Assembly: GCA_963741155.1 (NCBI GenBank)
Contig: CAVUHA010000010.1
Location: 620,322-684,321 of the forward strand
Direction of reading: 5' to 3'
DNA from: an uncultured Alphaproteobacteria bacterium
GTDB lineage: Bacteria; Pseudomonadota; Alphaproteobacteria; Rhizobiales; Methyloligellaceae
DNA: 64,000 nt
Positions 39,318 through 50,670 of this stretch are shown here, piece after piece. Within the stretch, counting starts at the first letter, position 1. Every line of letters begins with the position of its first letter. Position numbers and translations under genes: made by a program. The notes below the pieces were generated by a model. That model did no database searches and was not told the DNA's origin. It saw nothing but the letters and a program-made list of their open reading frames with translations.

Positions 39318-40499
39318 TCACTTCGTTTGCATCCCTCGACCGGCCCAAAGTTTTATCTTTGTTGGCTTGAACTTAAGCTCGAAGCTCAGCTTGGACCGAA
39401 GCTCAGGTGACATTCTAACGTGCGCGGTCCAAGCCGCAATGAGAATCGCCCCCACGGGAACGCCGTAAAGTGGGATCAAAGCCCAGGCATTCATGGTCAC
39501 CAGATTGGAGAGGGTAAACCCCATGATTCGTAGGCCTACGGCAATGCCAAAGGCGATCAGAATCTGCGCCCAGCGGCTCTCCCGCGTGGTGCGCGCATGG
39601 CCAAGAACTGCGATGGCCAAGAAGGCGAACAGCAAGGGGTAAAGAGGGGTGGCGAATCGATCGTGGAGCTCCTGGCGCAGCTGCCCCGGATTGTGCTTGG
39701 CCAGCGAGTCGTTGGGGTCGGGATTAATTAGCTCGCTCAGATAGCGTTCCCGCGGCCGAAGTTCCTTGCCGTCATCGTCCTCCGGATCGAATTGCGACAT
39801 GTCGAGCATGTACTGATCAAAGTTCACGATCCGGGCGCCCTGATCGGCGTCGGCGGGACTGAAGCTTTGGACATCGCCATCGAACATCACGAGGTAGGCG
39901 CCGTCGTCGTTGGAGAGGATGCGCCCGCGTTCGGCGAGATAGCTCCTAATCTGCTTCGGATCGCGTTCGTCATGCACCAAGAGGCCGAGCAGATCGCCGT
40001 TCAGGGTTCGGTCACGAATATGGAAGGTTAGGCCGGCGTTGGGGCTGGAAAATCGGCCTGGTTGAAGGACTTGCGAGATCAGGTCGGTCCTGACCTGGGT
40101 GACGAAACTGCGCATGAGGCGCGCACTTGCCGGGGTCACGAAGATGTTCGCCAGGAGGATCGCGATGCACACGAAGACGCCGAGCACGATGAGGGATGAG
40201 CCAATCCGCCAGATGGTCGCGCCCGAGGCGGTCATCACGATCAGCTCGCTGTCGCCGTTCAGGCGGTCGAGGGTGTAGAGCGCGGCCATCAGCATCGCGT
40301 TTGGAGCGATGAGCGCCATGAGGCTCGGAAGGCTGAGCAAAGTGAGCTTGAGGAATAGCACCACCCCTTGACCTTGCGAGATGATGAGGTCGAGCTGCCT
40401 CAGCGCCGTGGCGAGCCAGACGATGGCCGTGAGAGTGAGCAGGATGATCAGGAATGCGTTGGCCACCTGCCGAAAGACGTATCGGCTGAACAAAGTCAT
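39318..40499 (-). CDS. lptF: LPS export ABC transporter permease LptF
   Basis: MTLFSRYVFRQVANAF N-terminus typical of LptF/G permeases. Start at ATG 40499. Confidence 0.85.
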   Translation of the reverse strand: MTLFSRYVFRQVANAFLIILLTLTAIVWLATALRQLDLIISQGQGVVLFLKLTLLSLPSLMALIAPNAMLMAALYTLDRLNGDSELIVMTASGATIWRIGSSLIVLGVFVCIAILLANIFVTPASARLMRSFVTQVRTDLISQVLQPGRFSSPNAGLTFHIRDRTLNGDLLGLLVHDERDPKQIRSYLAERGRILSNDDGAYLVMFDGDVQSFSPADADQGARIVNFDQYMLDMSQFDPEDDDGKELRPRERYLSELINPDPNDSLAKHNPGQLRQELHDRFATPLYPLLFAFLAIAVLGHARTTRESRWAQILIAFGIAVGLRIMGFTLSNLVTMNAWALIPLYGVPVGAILIAAWTAHVRMSPELRSKLSFELKFKPTKIKLWAGRGMQTK

Positions 40500-40739
40500 C
40501 GCCGCGCTTTCCCCTCGTGCCCCCCACCCAGCGGGCTTGCTTCCGGTCCCCGGAGAGTCGCCAATCGCTAGGTGCCCAGGGCATTTCCAACAGGCCAACA
40601 TGGCCGAATTTCGGCACTTTGAGCCGCTTGCTTTCCGGGGCTACAGGATTTACCTACGGCCTCTCGAATCCCTGCCGCTGTTGCAAGTTTGCATCAGTAA
40701 GCGCGCCGACAATTCGCCGCGCTTGGCTGGCTGTTTAGC

Positions 40740-42302
40740 TTGGGACTCTGGGGCGAAGGCCGTTATGGAGGTGTCGTGAGCGAACAGACCGCAATTTCCT
40801 TTGCCGATCTTAGTCCCCCGCAAGAGGCCGTTGCCGTAGTTCTTGCCGAAGAGGGACCAAAGCTTTCACCCGTTGCCAAGGACATCGACAAGACGTCGAA
40901 AGGATTACTTACGCGCGCCGCTCAGGTGAGTGGCTTCAAGGGCAAGAAGGACACGTCGGTCGATCTGCTCGTGCCCGCGGGTCTGAAACTCACCCGGCTG
41001 GTGCTGCTCGGCGTCGGCAAGATCGCCGATTTCAGCCCCGAGGACTGGCTTAATCTCGGCGGCACCATTCGTGGGTTGCTAAGCGGCAAGGAGGGGGCGA
41101 CCGCGCACGTGTTCGTCGAGACTGCCGGGAGGGCCATCGAACCGGACCATGTCGCCAATGTGGCGCTTGGTGCGGTGCTGCGCGGTTACAAGTTCAAAAA
41201 GTACAAGACCAAGGGTCGGAAGAAGGATGGCGATGCGGCGGAGGCCAATGACCGGACGCTGAAGAAGATCGTTATCCACTCTGCCGATTCCAGGGCCGCG
41301 TCGCGCGCCTTCGCCGCGGCTCGCGCCATCGCCAACGGCGTCATGCTCGCCCGCGATCTCGTCAACGAGCCGGCGAACGTGCTCGATCCCGCCGAGTTTG
41401 CGCGACGGGCGAGAGACCTCACCAAGGTCGGCGTGCAGGTCGAGGTGCTGGGTGACAAGACGCTGAAGAAGCTCGGAATGAACGCGCTGCTCGCCGTGGG
41501 GCAGGGGAGCGAGCAGCCCAGCTACGTGGCAGTGATGCAATGGAAGGGCGCGGGCGAGCGCGGCGGAGAGCCCGTCGTCTTCGTCGGCAAGGGCGTCACC
41601 TTCGACACGGGCGGCATCTCGATCAAGCCTGCTGCCGGCATGGAGGAAATGAAAGGCGACATGGCGGGTGCCGCTTGTGTCGTCGGGCTCATGCACGCTC
41701 TCGCCGAGCGGAGGTCCAAGGTAAATGCCGTGGGCATCATCGGGCTCGTCGAGAACATGCCGAGCGGCAGCGCGCAGCGTCCGGGTGACGTGGTGACCGC
41801 CATGTCGGGCCAGACCATCGAGGTGCTCAACACCGATGCCGAGGGCCGCATGGTGCTGGCCGACTGCCTGTGGTACGCGCAAGGCCGCTTCAAACCGCGC
41901 GCGCTGATCAATCTCGCGACGTTGACGGGCGCGGTGATGGTGGCGCTCGGCAAGGAGCATGCGGGACTCTTCTCAAACAACGACACGCTCGCCGGACAGC
42001 TTACGGCGGCAGGGGAGGAAACGGGCGAGAGACTGTGGCGGCTGCCGCTCGGGCCTAAATACGACAAGCTCATCGACTCCAAAGTCGCCGACATGAAGAA
42101 CACCGGGGGCCGGTGGGGCGGATCAATCTCGGCCGCGCAGTTCCTGCAGCGCTTCATCAAGGACGGCACGCCTTGGGCGCATCTCGACATCGCCGGCACC
42201 GCGCTGGCCTCGCCCGACAACGAGATCAACCGGAGCTTCGGATCGGGGTTTGGCGTGCGGCTGCTGGACCGGCTTGTGACCGATCAATACGAGCGGCACT
42301 GA
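40740..42302 (+). CDS. pepA: Leucyl aminopeptidase (M17)
   Basis: [12 protein letters not shown] signature and [11 protein letters not shown]. The start is uncertain (TTG 40740 or in-frame GTG 40776). Confidence 0.93.
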   Translation: MGLWGEGRYGGVVSEQTAISFADLSPPQEAVAVVLAEEGPKLSPVAKDIDKTSKGLLTRAAQVSGFKGKKDTSVDLLVPAGLKLTRLVLLGVGKIADFSPEDWLNLGGTIRGLLSGKEGATAHVFVETAGRAIEPDHVANVALGAVLRGYKFKKYKTKGRKKDGDAAEANDRTLKKIVIHSADSRAASRAFAAARAIANGVMLARDLVNEPANVLDPAEFARRARDLTKVGVQVEVLGDKTLKKLGMNALLAVGQGSEQPSYVAVMQWKGAGERGGEPVVFVGKGVTFDTGGISIKPAAGMEEMKGDMAGAACVVGLMHALAERRSKVNAVGIIGLVENMPSGSAQRPGDVVTAMSGQTIEVLNTDAEGRMVLADCLWYAQGRFKPRALINLATLTGAVMVALGKEHAGLFSNNDTLAGQLTAAGEETGERLWRLPLGPKYDKLIDSKVADMKNTGGRWGGSISAAQFLQRFIKDGTPWAHLDIAGTALASPDNEINRSFGSGFGVRLLDRLVTDQYERH

Positions 42303-42373
42303 GCGTGTTCGGTGCAGCGCATCGGCCATGGTCTATATTTTCCATAATATACATTATGCGAATCTGGGATTTG

Positions 42374-42387
42374 GGCACGAAATCCGC
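42374..42387 (+). promoter_or_regulatory. Weak sigma-54-like -24/-12 element (GGCACG-aaat-CCGC) in the AT-rich pepA-mazG spacer
   Basis: The GG and GC dinucleotides have canonical spacing, but the -12 region reads CCGC instead of TTGC. It is oriented toward mazG. Confidence 0.2.
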
Positions 42388-42455
42388 ATTTTTCCGCTAT
42401 CAGTCTGAGAACGCAGCAGAATTCTATTTAGCAGCAGGGGCCCGCCCCGACGCAC

Positions 42456-43310
42456 GTGATGCGATCTGCGATGGCTGACGCGCGCGCAAAGCACCACACC
42501 ATCGACGCTCTCCTCAGCGTCATGGTGCGGCTTAGAGACCCCAAGGACGGTTGCCCATGGGATGTGGAGCAGACCTTCACATCGATTGTCGCCTACACCA
42601 TCGAGGAAGCTTACGAGGTCGCCGACGCGATTAGCCGCGGCGATATGGCGGGGCTCAAGGACGAGCTCGGCGATCTCTTGTTGCAGGTCGTGTACCACGC
42701 CGAGATGGCGTCCGAGCAAGGCCGCTTCGACTTCGGCGATGTGGTGGATGCCATCACGGAAAAGATGATGCGCCGGCACCCGCATGTGTTCGGCGATCCT
42801 GCGCTCATGGAGGCGTTCCCCAAGACCCCGATGTGGGAACGCATTAAGGCGGCGGAGAAGGCGGCGCGTGGCGACAAGGCGGCCGGCGCGTCTTTGCTCG
42901 ATGACGTGCCCGTTGGGCTGCCTGCGCTCACCCGAGCGGTGAAGCTGCAGAAGCGCGCGGCCATGGTGGGTTTCGATTGGCCAAGTCTAGCGCCGGTGCT
43001 GGCCAAGGCCGAGGAAGAAATTGCCGAGCTGAAGGGCGCCATTGCGGCGCGCGGAGACGAAACGGGCGAAGCTGCGTCTGCCGGCGTGACGGAGGAGTTC
43101 GGCGACCTCCTCTTCGTCATGGTAAATCTTGCGCGGCATCTGAAGGTGGATCCCGAGAGCACGCTGCGCGACGCCAATGCCAAATTCATGCGCCGCTTCG
43201 CCAAGATCGAGGCTGCTCTCGCGCGCGAAGGCCGCACACCGCAAGACGCAACGCTGGAAGAGATGGATCAGCTCTGGGACGCGGCCAAGGCGGCGGAACA
43301 GAGTGGCTAG
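42456..43310 (+). CDS. mazG: Nucleoside triphosphate pyrophosphohydrolase MazG
   Basis: CPWDVEQTF, EEAYEVADAI, EEFGDLLFVMVNLARH. Possible starts are GTG 42456, ATG 42459 and ATG 42471. Confidence 0.9.
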   Translation: MMRSAMADARAKHHTIDALLSVMVRLRDPKDGCPWDVEQTFTSIVAYTIEEAYEVADAISRGDMAGLKDELGDLLLQVVYHAEMASEQGRFDFGDVVDAITEKMMRRHPHVFGDPALMEAFPKTPMWERIKAAEKAARGDKAAGASLLDDVPVGLPALTRAVKLQKRAAMVGFDWPSLAPVLAKAEEEIAELKGAIAARGDETGEAASAGVTEEFGDLLFVMVNLARHLKVDPESTLRDANAKFMRRFAKIEAALAREGRTPQDATLEEMDQLWDAAKAAEQSG

Positions 43311-43332
43311 CGCGGCTGTGCGAGGGCTCGAC

Positions 43333-44748
43333 CTATTCCGCCGCGAGCTTGAGGCGTGCCGGTCCCGCTAGGCGCAGCAGCAAGTGGCGCTTCTCCGGTG
43401 CGATGCGGATGCGCAAGGCCGTCATCCCCTCGCCGAGGTCGGAGCGCTGCACCACCTCGCAGTTCTCGTAGATCCAGTTGGAGAGCGATCCCTCCTCCGG
43501 CTTGACCGCAATCTCGACGGTGTTGCGGCGCTGGTTGAGGCGCTTCTCGATCTCGATCATCAGAGCATCGAGCCCGTCGCCCGTCATGGCCGAGACGAGA
43601 ACCACGCCGCCCTCGGCGCGCCGCGCTTCGTTCTCGATGCGGGTGCGCGCGGGCGCCTCGAGAAGATCGGCCTTGTTCCAGACCTCGAGCAAGCGGTCCG
43701 GCTCGGCGTCCGCCTCGATGCCGAGCTCGACCAGCACCGCGTTCACATCGGTCCGCTGGCTCGCGCTCGTCGCGTCGGCGATGTCGCGCACATGCAGGAT
43801 GAGGTCCGCCTCCTGCACTTCCTCAAGCGTCGCGCGAAAGGCCGCGATCAAGGTCGTCGGCAGGTCGGAGATGAAGCCCACCGTATCGGACAGCACGGCC
43901 TTGCTGCCCCCGGGCAGCCGCAAACCCCGGAAGGTCGGATCGAGTGTGGCGAACAGCGTGTCCTCGGCGAGCACAGCGGCGCCGGTAAGGGTGTTGAACA
44001 GCGTGGATTTGCCGGCATTGGTGTAGCCCACGAGCGCCACGATCGGGTACGGCACGCGCTGGCGGGCCTTGCGGTGCAGCGCGCGGGTGCGGCGCACCTG
44101 CTCGAGCTCGCGGCGGATGAGCTCGATGCGTTCGCCGATAAGGCGCCGGTCGGTCTCGATCTGAGTCTCGCCCGGGCCGCCGAGAAAGCCGAAGCCGCCG
44201 CGCTGGCGCTCGAGGTGGGTCCAGGAGCGGACGAGCCTGCTCTTCTGGTAGACGAGGTGGGCAAGCTCCACTTGCAGGCGCCCTTCCCGCGTGCGGGCGC
44301 GGTCGCCGAAGATCTCCAGAATGAGACCGGTGCGATCGAGCACCTTCGCGTTCCAGGCGGTCTCGAGGTTGCGTTGCTGCACGGGCGTGAGGGGGTGATC
44401 GATGATCACCAACTCGGCGCCTTCGGCGCGGACCAGTCCCTCCAGCTCCTCGACCTTGCCGGAGCCGAACAATCTCGCCGGCCGCGGATGCGCCAGAGGC
44501 ACGAGCCCGCTCGCCCTGACCTCGAGGTCGATGGCCGCCGCGAGCCCCACGGCCTCCGCAAGCCGCGCTTGCGGAGAGCGTGCGCCCGCGCTTCGCTCTC
44601 CCCCTCCTCGTCCGCGCGGAAGCTTGTCGAGCACCGGCGCCAGCACGATGGCGCTCGTGCGGCGTCTCGGTCCGAGCTGGTGGCCGCCTCCGCGATCGGC
44701 AGATGCGACCTTTCGGCGTTTAAGCTTTCTCGAGTCGGTTGGACGCAC
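43333..44748 (-). CDS. hflX: GTPase HflX
   Basis: G1 motif VGYTNAGKSTLFN, DTVGFI, NKADL. Confidence 0.93.
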   Translation of the reverse strand: MRPTDSRKLKRRKVASADRGGGHQLGPRRRTSAIVLAPVLDKLPRGRGGGERSAGARSPQARLAEAVGLAAAIDLEVRASGLVPLAHPRPARLFGSGKVEELEGLVRAEGAELVIIDHPLTPVQQRNLETAWNAKVLDRTGLILEIFGDRARTREGRLQVELAHLVYQKSRLVRSWTHLERQRGGFGFLGGPGETQIETDRRLIGERIELIRRELEQVRRTRALHRKARQRVPYPIVALVGYTNAGKSTLFNTLTGAAVLAEDTLFATLDPTFRGLRLPGGSKAVLSDTVGFISDLPTTLIAAFRATLEEVQEADLILHVRDIADATSASQRTDVNAVLVELGIEADAEPDRLLEVWNKADLLEAPARTRIENEARRAEGGVVLVSAMTGDGLDALMIEIEKRLNQRRNTVEIAVKPEEGSLSNWIYENCEVVQRSDLGEGMTALRIRIAPEKRHLLLRLAGPARLKLAAE

Positions 44749-44801
44749 CTAGAGCACTATCGCCTCAAATTGAATCGCGACAGCGCTCTAGTTCTTTGTT
44801 G

Positions 44802-44850
44802 GAGCATGATCGCATCGGAAAACCGGTTCCCACTTTTCCGGGTCATGCTC
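44802..44850 (-). other. Nested stem-loop starting at the hfq stop codon, in the hfq-hflX spacer
   Basis: Outer 8-bp stem GAGCATGA/TCATGCTC (44802-09 / 44843-50). Inner 7-bp stem CGGAAAA/TTTTCCG (44816-22 / 44834-40). 11-nt apical loop. No trailing U-tract. Confidence 0.4.
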
Positions 44851-45104
44851 TACTCCGCGGTGCTGTCCGTGTCACCGATCTCTGCGAGCTGAATGGGTTG
44901 ACCCGGCATGATGGTCGAGATGGCATGCTTGTAGACGAGCTGCGAGTGCCCGTCCCTGCGCAGTAGGACGCAGAAATTATCGAACCAAGTCACAACACCT
45001 TGAAGCTTCACGCCATTCACGAGAAAGATGGTGAGCGGCGTCTTGTTCTTGCGGACATGATTGAGAAACGTGTCCTGCAGACTTTGCGCGCGTTCTGTTG
45101 CCAT
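44850..45104 (-). CDS. hfq: RNA chaperone Hfq
   Basis: [40 protein letters not shown] (Sm1/Sm2). Confidence 0.97.
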   Translation of the reverse strand: MATERAQSLQDTFLNHVRKNKTPLTIFLVNGVKLQGVVTWFDNFCVLLRRDGHSQLVYKHAISTIMPGQPIQLAEIGDTDSTAE

Positions 45105-45261
45105 GGGCTTCCTTGTCCCTTTGGTCCACGCTTACGCTGGTTGAATGGCCCGGACCTTAGCCGTCCTCCCGGGTCGGTCGCATTAGACGCGATTGCGAGG
45201 TGATCCCGCAAGTGTCCTGATGCATCCGTCCCCGCTTAAGGCCTTGAGAGCAGGCTTAAAC

Positions 45262-46659
45262 TTAACGCATGGCGACGCCCCGCTCGGTGGAATTGACCCC
45301 GAGCGCGCGCAGTTTACGGTGCAGCGCCGAGCGCTCCATGCCCACGAACTCAGCCGTGCGCGAGATGTTGCCGCCGAAACGGTTGACCTGGGCGAGCAGG
45401 TATTCCCGCTCGAAAATCTCCCGCGCATCGCGCAGAGGCAGCGACATAAGATGCTCGCCCCCTGCCCCATTGGGCGACAAGGGCATGGGCGAGACGATCT
45501 CCTCGGGGAGCATCTCGGTGGTGATGATCTGGTCGGCATCGCCGCCCACGAGAATCATCAGCCGTTCGACGTTGTTGCGGAGCTGGCGCACATTGCCGGG
45601 CCAATCGTGGGATTGCAGCACCGCCATGGCGTCCTCGCCGATCCGGCGCTGCGGAAGACCGGAGGCCACCGAAATCACCTGCACGAAATAGCGCACGAGC
45701 TCGGGCACGTCCTCCCGCCGATCGGAGAGGCCCGGCACCTTGATGGGAACCACGTTCAGACGGTGGAAGAGGTCCTCGCGCAAGCGCCCAGAGTTCATCT
45801 CCTTCTGCAAGTCGCGGCTCGTCGAGGAAACGATGCGCACATCGACATGCACCTTCGGACCTCCGCCCAGCCGCTGGAACCTCTGCTCCACGAGCACGCG
45901 CAGGATCTTGCCCTGCGTCTCTAGCGGCATGTCGGCGACCTCGTCGATATAGAGCGTGCCGGTATGGGCCTCTTCGAGCGCGCCCACTTTACGGGGGCCC
46001 GCCCCGCCCCCCTCCTCGATGCCGAACAGCTCGAGCTCCATGCGGTCGGGCACCATGGCGGCTGCGTTCAGCACGACGAAAGGTCCATCGGCACGGAGCG
46101 ACTTCGCGTGCATCACACGCGCGGCGAGCTCCTTGCCACAACCCGACGGCCCGGTGATGAGAACGCGACTATTAGTGGGCGCCACCTTGTCGATAGCCTG
46201 GCGCAGCTGGTTGATGGCGGCGGAGTGGCCGACCATGTCGAAGCTATAGGTGCTCCGCTCGCGCAGCTCCCGGTTCTCGCGCTTGAGCTTTGAGGCCTCC
46301 AGCGCGCGGGCGGTGATCAGGACCAGCCGGTCGGCCTTGAACGGTTTCTCGATATAGTCGTATGCGCCCCGCTTGATGGCGGCGACCGCGGTTTCAATAT
46401 TGCCGTGGCCGCTAATAATCACCACCGGCAGGTCGGGGTGGGCCCTCTTGATGCGGTCGAGCAGCTCTAGCCCATCGAGCTTGGAGCCTTGCAGCCAAAT
46501 GTCGAGAATGACGAGCGAGGGGCGCCGCTCCTCGATGGCGGCGAGCGTCTCGTCAAAGTCCTTGGCGAGACGCGTGCCATGCCCTTCGTCCTCCAGGATG
46601 CCCGAGATCAACTCGCGGATATCGGCCTCGTCGTCGACGACCAGTATATCAGACGCCAT
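45262..46659 (-). CDS. ntrX: Sigma-54-interaction-domain response regulator NtrX
   Basis: Receiver domain DILVVDDEADIRELI...LVILDIWL, AAA+ Walker A GPSGCGKE, C-terminal HTH. Follows ntrY. Confidence 0.87.
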   Translation of the reverse strand: MASDILVVDDEADIRELISGILEDEGHGTRLAKDFDETLAAIEERRPSLVILDIWLQGSKLDGLELLDRIKRAHPDLPVVIISGHGNIETAVAAIKRGAYDYIEKPFKADRLVLITARALEASKLKRENRELRERSTYSFDMVGHSAAINQLRQAIDKVAPTNSRVLITGPSGCGKELAARVMHAKSLRADGPFVVLNAAAMVPDRMELELFGIEEGGGAGPRKVGALEEAHTGTLYIDEVADMPLETQGKILRVLVEQRFQRLGGGPKVHVDVRIVSSTSRDLQKEMNSGRLREDLFHRLNVVPIKVPGLSDRREDVPELVRYFVQVISVASGLPQRRIGEDAMAVLQSHDWPGNVRQLRNNVERLMILVGGDADQIITTEMLPEEIVSPMPLSPNGAGGEHLMSLPLRDAREIFEREYLLAQVNRFGGNISRTAEFVGMERSALHRKLRALGVNSTERGVAMR

Positions 46660-46675
46660 GGTTCACTCCCTCGTA

Positions 46676-49171
46676 TCACTCGGCCGCTTCAGGTGCATGC
46701 GCAGCAATGGATGCGTCCACCTCGGCGCTCTCCTCGCTGTCGGGAAGCGCCTCCTCGTCCTTCTCCCGGAGCGGTAAGTCCATGCGCACCGAGGCACCTT
46801 GCTGCTTACCGTTCCGCTTCGGCGCGTCGGCAAGATTGAGCGTGCCGCCATGCTGCTCGGTGATGCGCTGCACGATGGCGAGCCCAAGGCCCGTGCCCTT
46901 GGTGCGGGTGGTCATGTAGGGCTCGACCAGTCGGTGGCGGTTCTCTTTCGGCAGCCCGCAGCCATTGTCGATGACGGTGATCTGTAGCCGGTCGCTCTTG
47001 GTGCGCACCTTGGCAAGGATGTGGCCCTTATCCGTTCGTGCAGGCTCTGCTTCGAGCGCGGTGTCGATCGCCTCGCTCGCGTTCTTGACGAGGTTGGTGA
47101 CCGCCTGGGTCAGGAGACGCCGGTCGGAAAGGGTGCTCACCGGTTTGTCGGGCTGATCGAGCTCGAAGCTGATCTCCGGGCGGCTGACTTGGAACAGGAA
47201 CACGGCCTCGCGCACGATGTCGCGGACGTCGTTGAGCTCCATCACCGGCTTTGGCATGCGGGCAAAGGCCGAGAACTCGTCCACCATCCGTCCGATGTCG
47301 GAGACTTGGCGGATGATGGTGTCGGTGCACTGCTCGAAGATCTCGCGATCCTTGGTGATGGAGTCGCCATATTTGCGCCGGATGCGCTCGGCCGAGAGCT
47401 GGATCGGGGTAAGCGGGTTCTTGATCTCGTGCGCAATGCGCCGCGCCACGTCGGCCCAGGCGGTGCTGCGCTGGGCGCTGACGAGCTCGGTGATGTCGTC
47501 GAAGGTCACGACGTAGCCCTGCGCGTGCTGACCGGTGCCTTCGGTCGTGACGCGAACGGCAAAATTGCGTTCCGTTCCGCGGCGGCGAAGCGCGACCTGA
47601 TCGGTGACGAGGCGCCTTCCCAACTTCTGCGCGCGTTTTAGCAGCGGTCCGAATTCTGGGATGGCCTTGGCAAGTGGTTGGCCGGAAATGGTTTTTTCCT
47701 TCGCTGCCAGCAGCGTCTCGGCGGAGCGGTTGACCAGCGTGACGGTGCCGTCGGTGTCGACGCCGACCACGCCGGCGGTCACGCCCGACAGCACGGCCTC
47801 CATGAAGCGGCGGCGTTCATCGAGCGCGGTGTTGGCGCCGACCAGCTCGTCGCGCTGGCTCTTGAGCTCCGACGTCATGGTGTTGAAGGTAGAGCCCAGC
47901 ATCGCGAGGTCGCCATCGGCGCGCTTCACGGCGACCTCGACATCGAGATTGCCCTCCGAGATCTGCTGCGCCGCCCCCATCAGCTGGCCGATCGGGGCCA
48001 CCAGGCGGTTGGCGAACCACATGCCGATCCAGATGGCGGACAAGAGCAGAGTCAGCGCGATCGCCACATACATGAGGCCGAAGGCCACCTGCACGCCGGC
48101 ACGGCGCTGCTCCAGCAACTGGTATTCGGCCACGTTCGCGCGGGTTTCGCGCAGCTGCTGCAGCACGCGCGCGTTCACCGGGCGGACCACATATAGGTAG
48201 GTGTCGCTGAAGTTTTGCAAACTCTTGATGGCGCCGACCACGTTGGTTTGCCCTGGCGCGATCACGATCACCTGCCCCTTCTTGGCGAGGTCCATGGCTT
48301 CCTTGGGTGGTGCGCGGTAGGGCATGTCCTGCAGCGTGGCGGCGGTCGCGAGAATCTTCCCGTCCCCGTCGATCAGATAGGCGATGGGGAGCGCCCGGAT
48401 GGCTGCCTGCGCGGTCAGAAAATTGCCGAAGGCCTCAGGCCGCGACTTCACGAGGTCGACCGCCTCATCGATGTCCTTTGCCATGCCTACCGTATCGGTG
48501 CGGATGACCTGGCCGTGCTCCTGCACATAGGCCGTCGCCACGTCGATGGAATTCTGAATCATGGATTTGGTACGGTCGGAGAACCAATGGTCCAGTCCCC
48601 GGTCGAGCGAGATCGAGGCAAACACCGCAAGCAGGATGGCCGGAACCACGGCGATGACGCTGAACAGGCTGACGATGCGGACGTGCAGCTGGGCGCCCGC
48701 GGCTTGCCGGCGGCGCGCCAGCCAAAGCCCCGTCACCTGCCAGGCGATGATCCCCACCATGGCGAGCACGAGCACGAGGTTGATCAGCAGCATGCCGACC
48801 ACGACAAGGTGGGTCGGCACGATCGGCGTGAGCCCGGTCAGGATGACGTAGGTCGCCAGGCCCGAGCACAGCGAGAGCATCATGGTGATCAGGCCGAGCG
48901 TAAAGGGGAGCCGGCGCCGCGCGCGATCGCCCTGCGGGGTGCCGGCAAACAGGCCCTTTACCAGGACTGGTTGTTGGGTGGTCGTCGGGGGCTCGTCCTC
49001 GTTGGGGCGCCGGCGCCAGAACTGGACTCTGTTGCTCGCTTCACGGAAGTGTTGGAAGAAGCTGCTCAACCCCTCACCCCTGCTGCGTAAGGACTTCTCG
49101 GACCATGATCCAGGGAGTGTCCGCCATGATGCAATAAGATCACAATGTGGCGCCTTGGTGACAGGAATCAA
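46676..49171 (-). CDS. ntrY: Sensor histidine kinase NtrY
   Basis: N-terminal TM bundle, HAMP, PAS, H-box [17 protein letters not shown]-boxes GTGLGLAIV. The exact start is uncertain because the track ORF may over-extend. Confidence 0.87.
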   Translation of the reverse strand: MIPVTKAPHCDLIASWRTLPGSWSEKSLRSRGEGLSSFFQHFREASNRVQFWRRRPNEDEPPTTTQQPVLVKGLFAGTPQGDRARRRLPFTLGLITMMLSLCSGLATYVILTGLTPIVPTHLVVVGMLLINLVLVLAMVGIIAWQVTGLWLARRRQAAGAQLHVRIVSLFSVIAVVPAILLAVFASISLDRGLDHWFSDRTKSMIQNSIDVATAYVQEHGQVIRTDTVGMAKDIDEAVDLVKSRPEAFGNFLTAQAAIRALPIAYLIDGDGKILATAATLQDMPYRAPPKEAMDLAKKGQVIVIAPGQTNVVGAIKSLQNFSDTYLYVVRPVNARVLQQLRETRANVAEYQLLEQRRAGVQVAFGLMYVAIALTLLLSAIWIGMWFANRLVAPIGQLMGAAQQISEGNLDVEVAVKRADGDLAMLGSTFNTMTSELKSQRDELVGANTALDERRRFMEAVLSGVTAGVVGVDTDGTVTLVNRSAETLLAAKEKTISGQPLAKAIPEFGPLLKRAQKLGRRLVTDQVALRRRGTERNFAVRVTTEGTGQHAQGYVVTFDDITELVSAQRSTAWADVARRIAHEIKNPLTPIQLSAERIRRKYGDSITKDREIFEQCTDTIIRQVSDIGRMVDEFSAFARMPKPVMELNDVRDIVREAVFLFQVSRPEISFELDQPDKPVSTLSDRRLLTQAVTNLVKNASEAIDTALEAEPARTDKGHILAKVRTKSDRLQITVIDNGCGLPKENRHRLVEPYMTTRTKGTGLGLAIVQRITEQHGGTLNLADAPKRNGKQQGASVRMDLPLREKDEEALPDSEESAEVDASIAAHAPEAAE

Positions 49172-49222
49172 GGGGGGTCGGGGGATAAAACTAACCTTAC
49201 AAGGGCTGTTAGGCGGGCGCTT

Positions 49223-50665
<1,443 letters not shown>

Positions 50666-50670
50666 AGTGC

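Noticed and set aside
43384-44892. 502-aa plus-strand ORF
   Set aside because: It is antisense to hflX (G1-G4 motifs present) and runs into the hfq spacer. It is a shadow ORF.
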